A stretch of DNA of 61,590 nt, counting the filler. It is 8 parts of 8 records of this genome, joined end to end, with 100 filler letters (N's around TTAATTAATTAA, not from the genome) between each part and the next. Parts side by side here need not be neighbours in the genome. Positions count along the whole stretch, not along the records: positions 53,943 to 61,590 come from SRR2962707_4421; 7 more parts are not named here. One strand, given 5' to 3'. A program made the translations under genes and the position numbers. The notes under the pieces are model-generated. The model was not told the DNA's origin. It saw nothing but the letters and a program-made list of their open reading frames with translations, and searched no databases. Shown here in pieces: positions 60,001 to 61,590 of this stretch; position 1 is the first letter of the stretch; every line of letters starts with the position of its first letter.

Positions 60001-61359
60001 CCACGATGCTCGCCAAATCCCATGCATCTTCATCTTTGGCTCTGTCAGAAACTGGGCGATCAGCGGTGCTGCAAGGTGACACATCCGACAGCGTCCGGTC
60101 CTGATACATATTTTGAAAGCGGCGAATTGACCTTCTATGAAGTCGGAGGACATGGCCCACAATGCGCTTGTTGTGCGTGATCAATGTGTGGAGGGTGTCA
60201 GCCTAACAGCAACCGCAGACAGGGAGTGATGAGCTTCTCTGCCACACAGCAGACAATAAAAACATTGTCAGGCAGTTCAACGCAGGAAACAGACATGCGA
60301 TGGTCCAGGAGTAGCGTCTGCTGCAGTGTCTCGCATTTGCATTGATGGCTGTTGGTTCAACGAATTGAGTTCAGATACTGTGGCAATCCAACGGTCGCAG
60401 AGCTCCATCGATGGAGCTGCAAGTACAAGGGATTGGCCACGCTTGAATCGGTTCGAGAAGTGGAGACTGCCAGTTGCTCCACCACTCACTGCGGCAGCTG
60501 CAAGCGTTGTCGCTCGTGCAGACTGCTCACGTTTTCGGAGCTGCTTTCGGTCTCGTCGAAGGACCTGCGAAATTGCAAAACGAGGGTGCAAAAACAGTTA
60601 ATCAGATGATAAGCGGCACGACTAACCCATCTCGCAGCCGAAGCGTCCACACACCTTGCCGTCCAGTGAAGTGCTGAAGACCTGGAAAACAAAAGCATGC
60701 TTCTTGGATGCGTAGCGGCGTGGTTGATACACTCGAGATATGTCAAACTTGAACGATGGAGAAGGAGGTGCCATGTCTTGGGTTCGTTGCTTTGCTTTTC
60801 CTGAACTGCCTTTCGTCTTTGTCGCATTGGTGCCTGTGTCACGCGCTGGGGCTCGGAACCTGCGAAAATTCAGAAGCGACAGAAGCGAGCTCGAAGTTGA
60901 AGCAGTAGCTTCAACGGAGCCGTCGTTGACTTCCGTGGTATCATTGTTCACAGCGCTGGAACTAGCTTGCCGACTGTCACCGCGAGTAGGAGTCGATAGG
61001 GCCTCACTGTCTTCTGCCTGGGTTGGGGACAAGCCACGCGCATTAGGACTATTGGAATGCGCATTTGACTTCGTCAGTCCGGACGCTAAAGACTGGTCTT
61101 CAGCTTGAAGGGACGCGAGCGCGGGGTTGTTTGACTTTTCATTGGCAACGTATCCTTCCAAAAAGGCACCTTCATACCCATTGAACAGGCGACAGTAATA
61201 GCGCTTCCAACTGCCAGTCATGGTTGCCCAGCGACTTCGCAGGAGCAGAAACCCCGTCATGACAGGGATGCGGGCTTTAGACGGAGTCAATGGTGGAGGT
61301 GGAGGCGGTGGAGGCGAAGGTCGTTGCTGCTGCTGTTTGCGGCCGTTGCGCCCCGACAT
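54067..61359 (-). CDS. Phosphatidylinositol 4-kinase (type III beta-like) with extra PH and PDZ domains, multi-exon
   Basis: Helical-domain ALKLFWAL, FNTKERAPYLLCVE, FGELWQQKTERV…WDLR/SFVVKSYDDLRQE, SLAAYCIFTFILSVKDRHNGNIML, HIDFGFVLG…ERAPFKLT and C-terminal YDEFQRISNGI. Confidence 0.88.
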
Positions 61360-61547
61360 TGTCGGTTCGCGGAAAGCCGAGACCTCTCGCCCACCCACGA
61401 GTCCAGTCCAGCTCGATCGTCCCTCCTGTACGTGCGTCTGCACCTTTGTTAGTTTTCTGCTTCTATCAACTGTGCGTGCAAGACAGAAAGAAAGCGGTGC
61501 ACGCACATGCGCACACGCAGGCTGGCAGGCCTTGCCTGAAGCTGCCC

Positions 61548-61590
61548 ACACACACACAGATACACACACACCACACACACACACACACAC
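61548..61590. repeat. (CA)n microsatellite at window end
   Basis: Directly visible. Confidence 0.9.

Overview
This window is not one chromosome. It is eight separate contigs joined by artificial 100-bp spacers (44 N + TTAATTAATTAA + 44 N): three bacterial and five from an intron-containing protist. (1) 1-7779: AT-rich marine gammaproteobacterial operon for oxidative (3-keto-glycoside) sugar breakdown, with one end of a probable MITE. (2) 7880-14268: protist NEK-like kinase and a PH-RhoGAP-like-LIMK/TESK-like kinase fusion. (3) 14369-20784: GC-rich bacterial ALDH, Zn-ADH, porin and OprM/AcrB-type efflux genes. (4) 20885-34890: Marinobacter-like prkA, tpm, hprA-like, yihY and HDOD genes. Between the hprA-like gene and yihY sits a three-gene cassette: a 2725-aa DUF4347/Ig-repeat surface protein with an unassigned repetitive C-terminus, a 100-aa lipoprotein and a small outer-membrane beta-barrel. 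(5) 34991-41028: protist U2AF65-like splicing factor and DDX3/DED1-like helicase. (6) 41129-48647: telobox-Myb protein and a large coiled-coil protein. (7) 48748-53842: PH/PDZ protein and malic enzyme. (8) 53943-61590: PI4-kinase with inserted PH and PDZ domains. The best candidate for an undescribed system is the adhesin-lipoprotein-barrel cassette (23199-32277), which shows no hallmark of known secretion or anchoring routes. All family and taxon assignments come from motif recognition only; no database searches were run.
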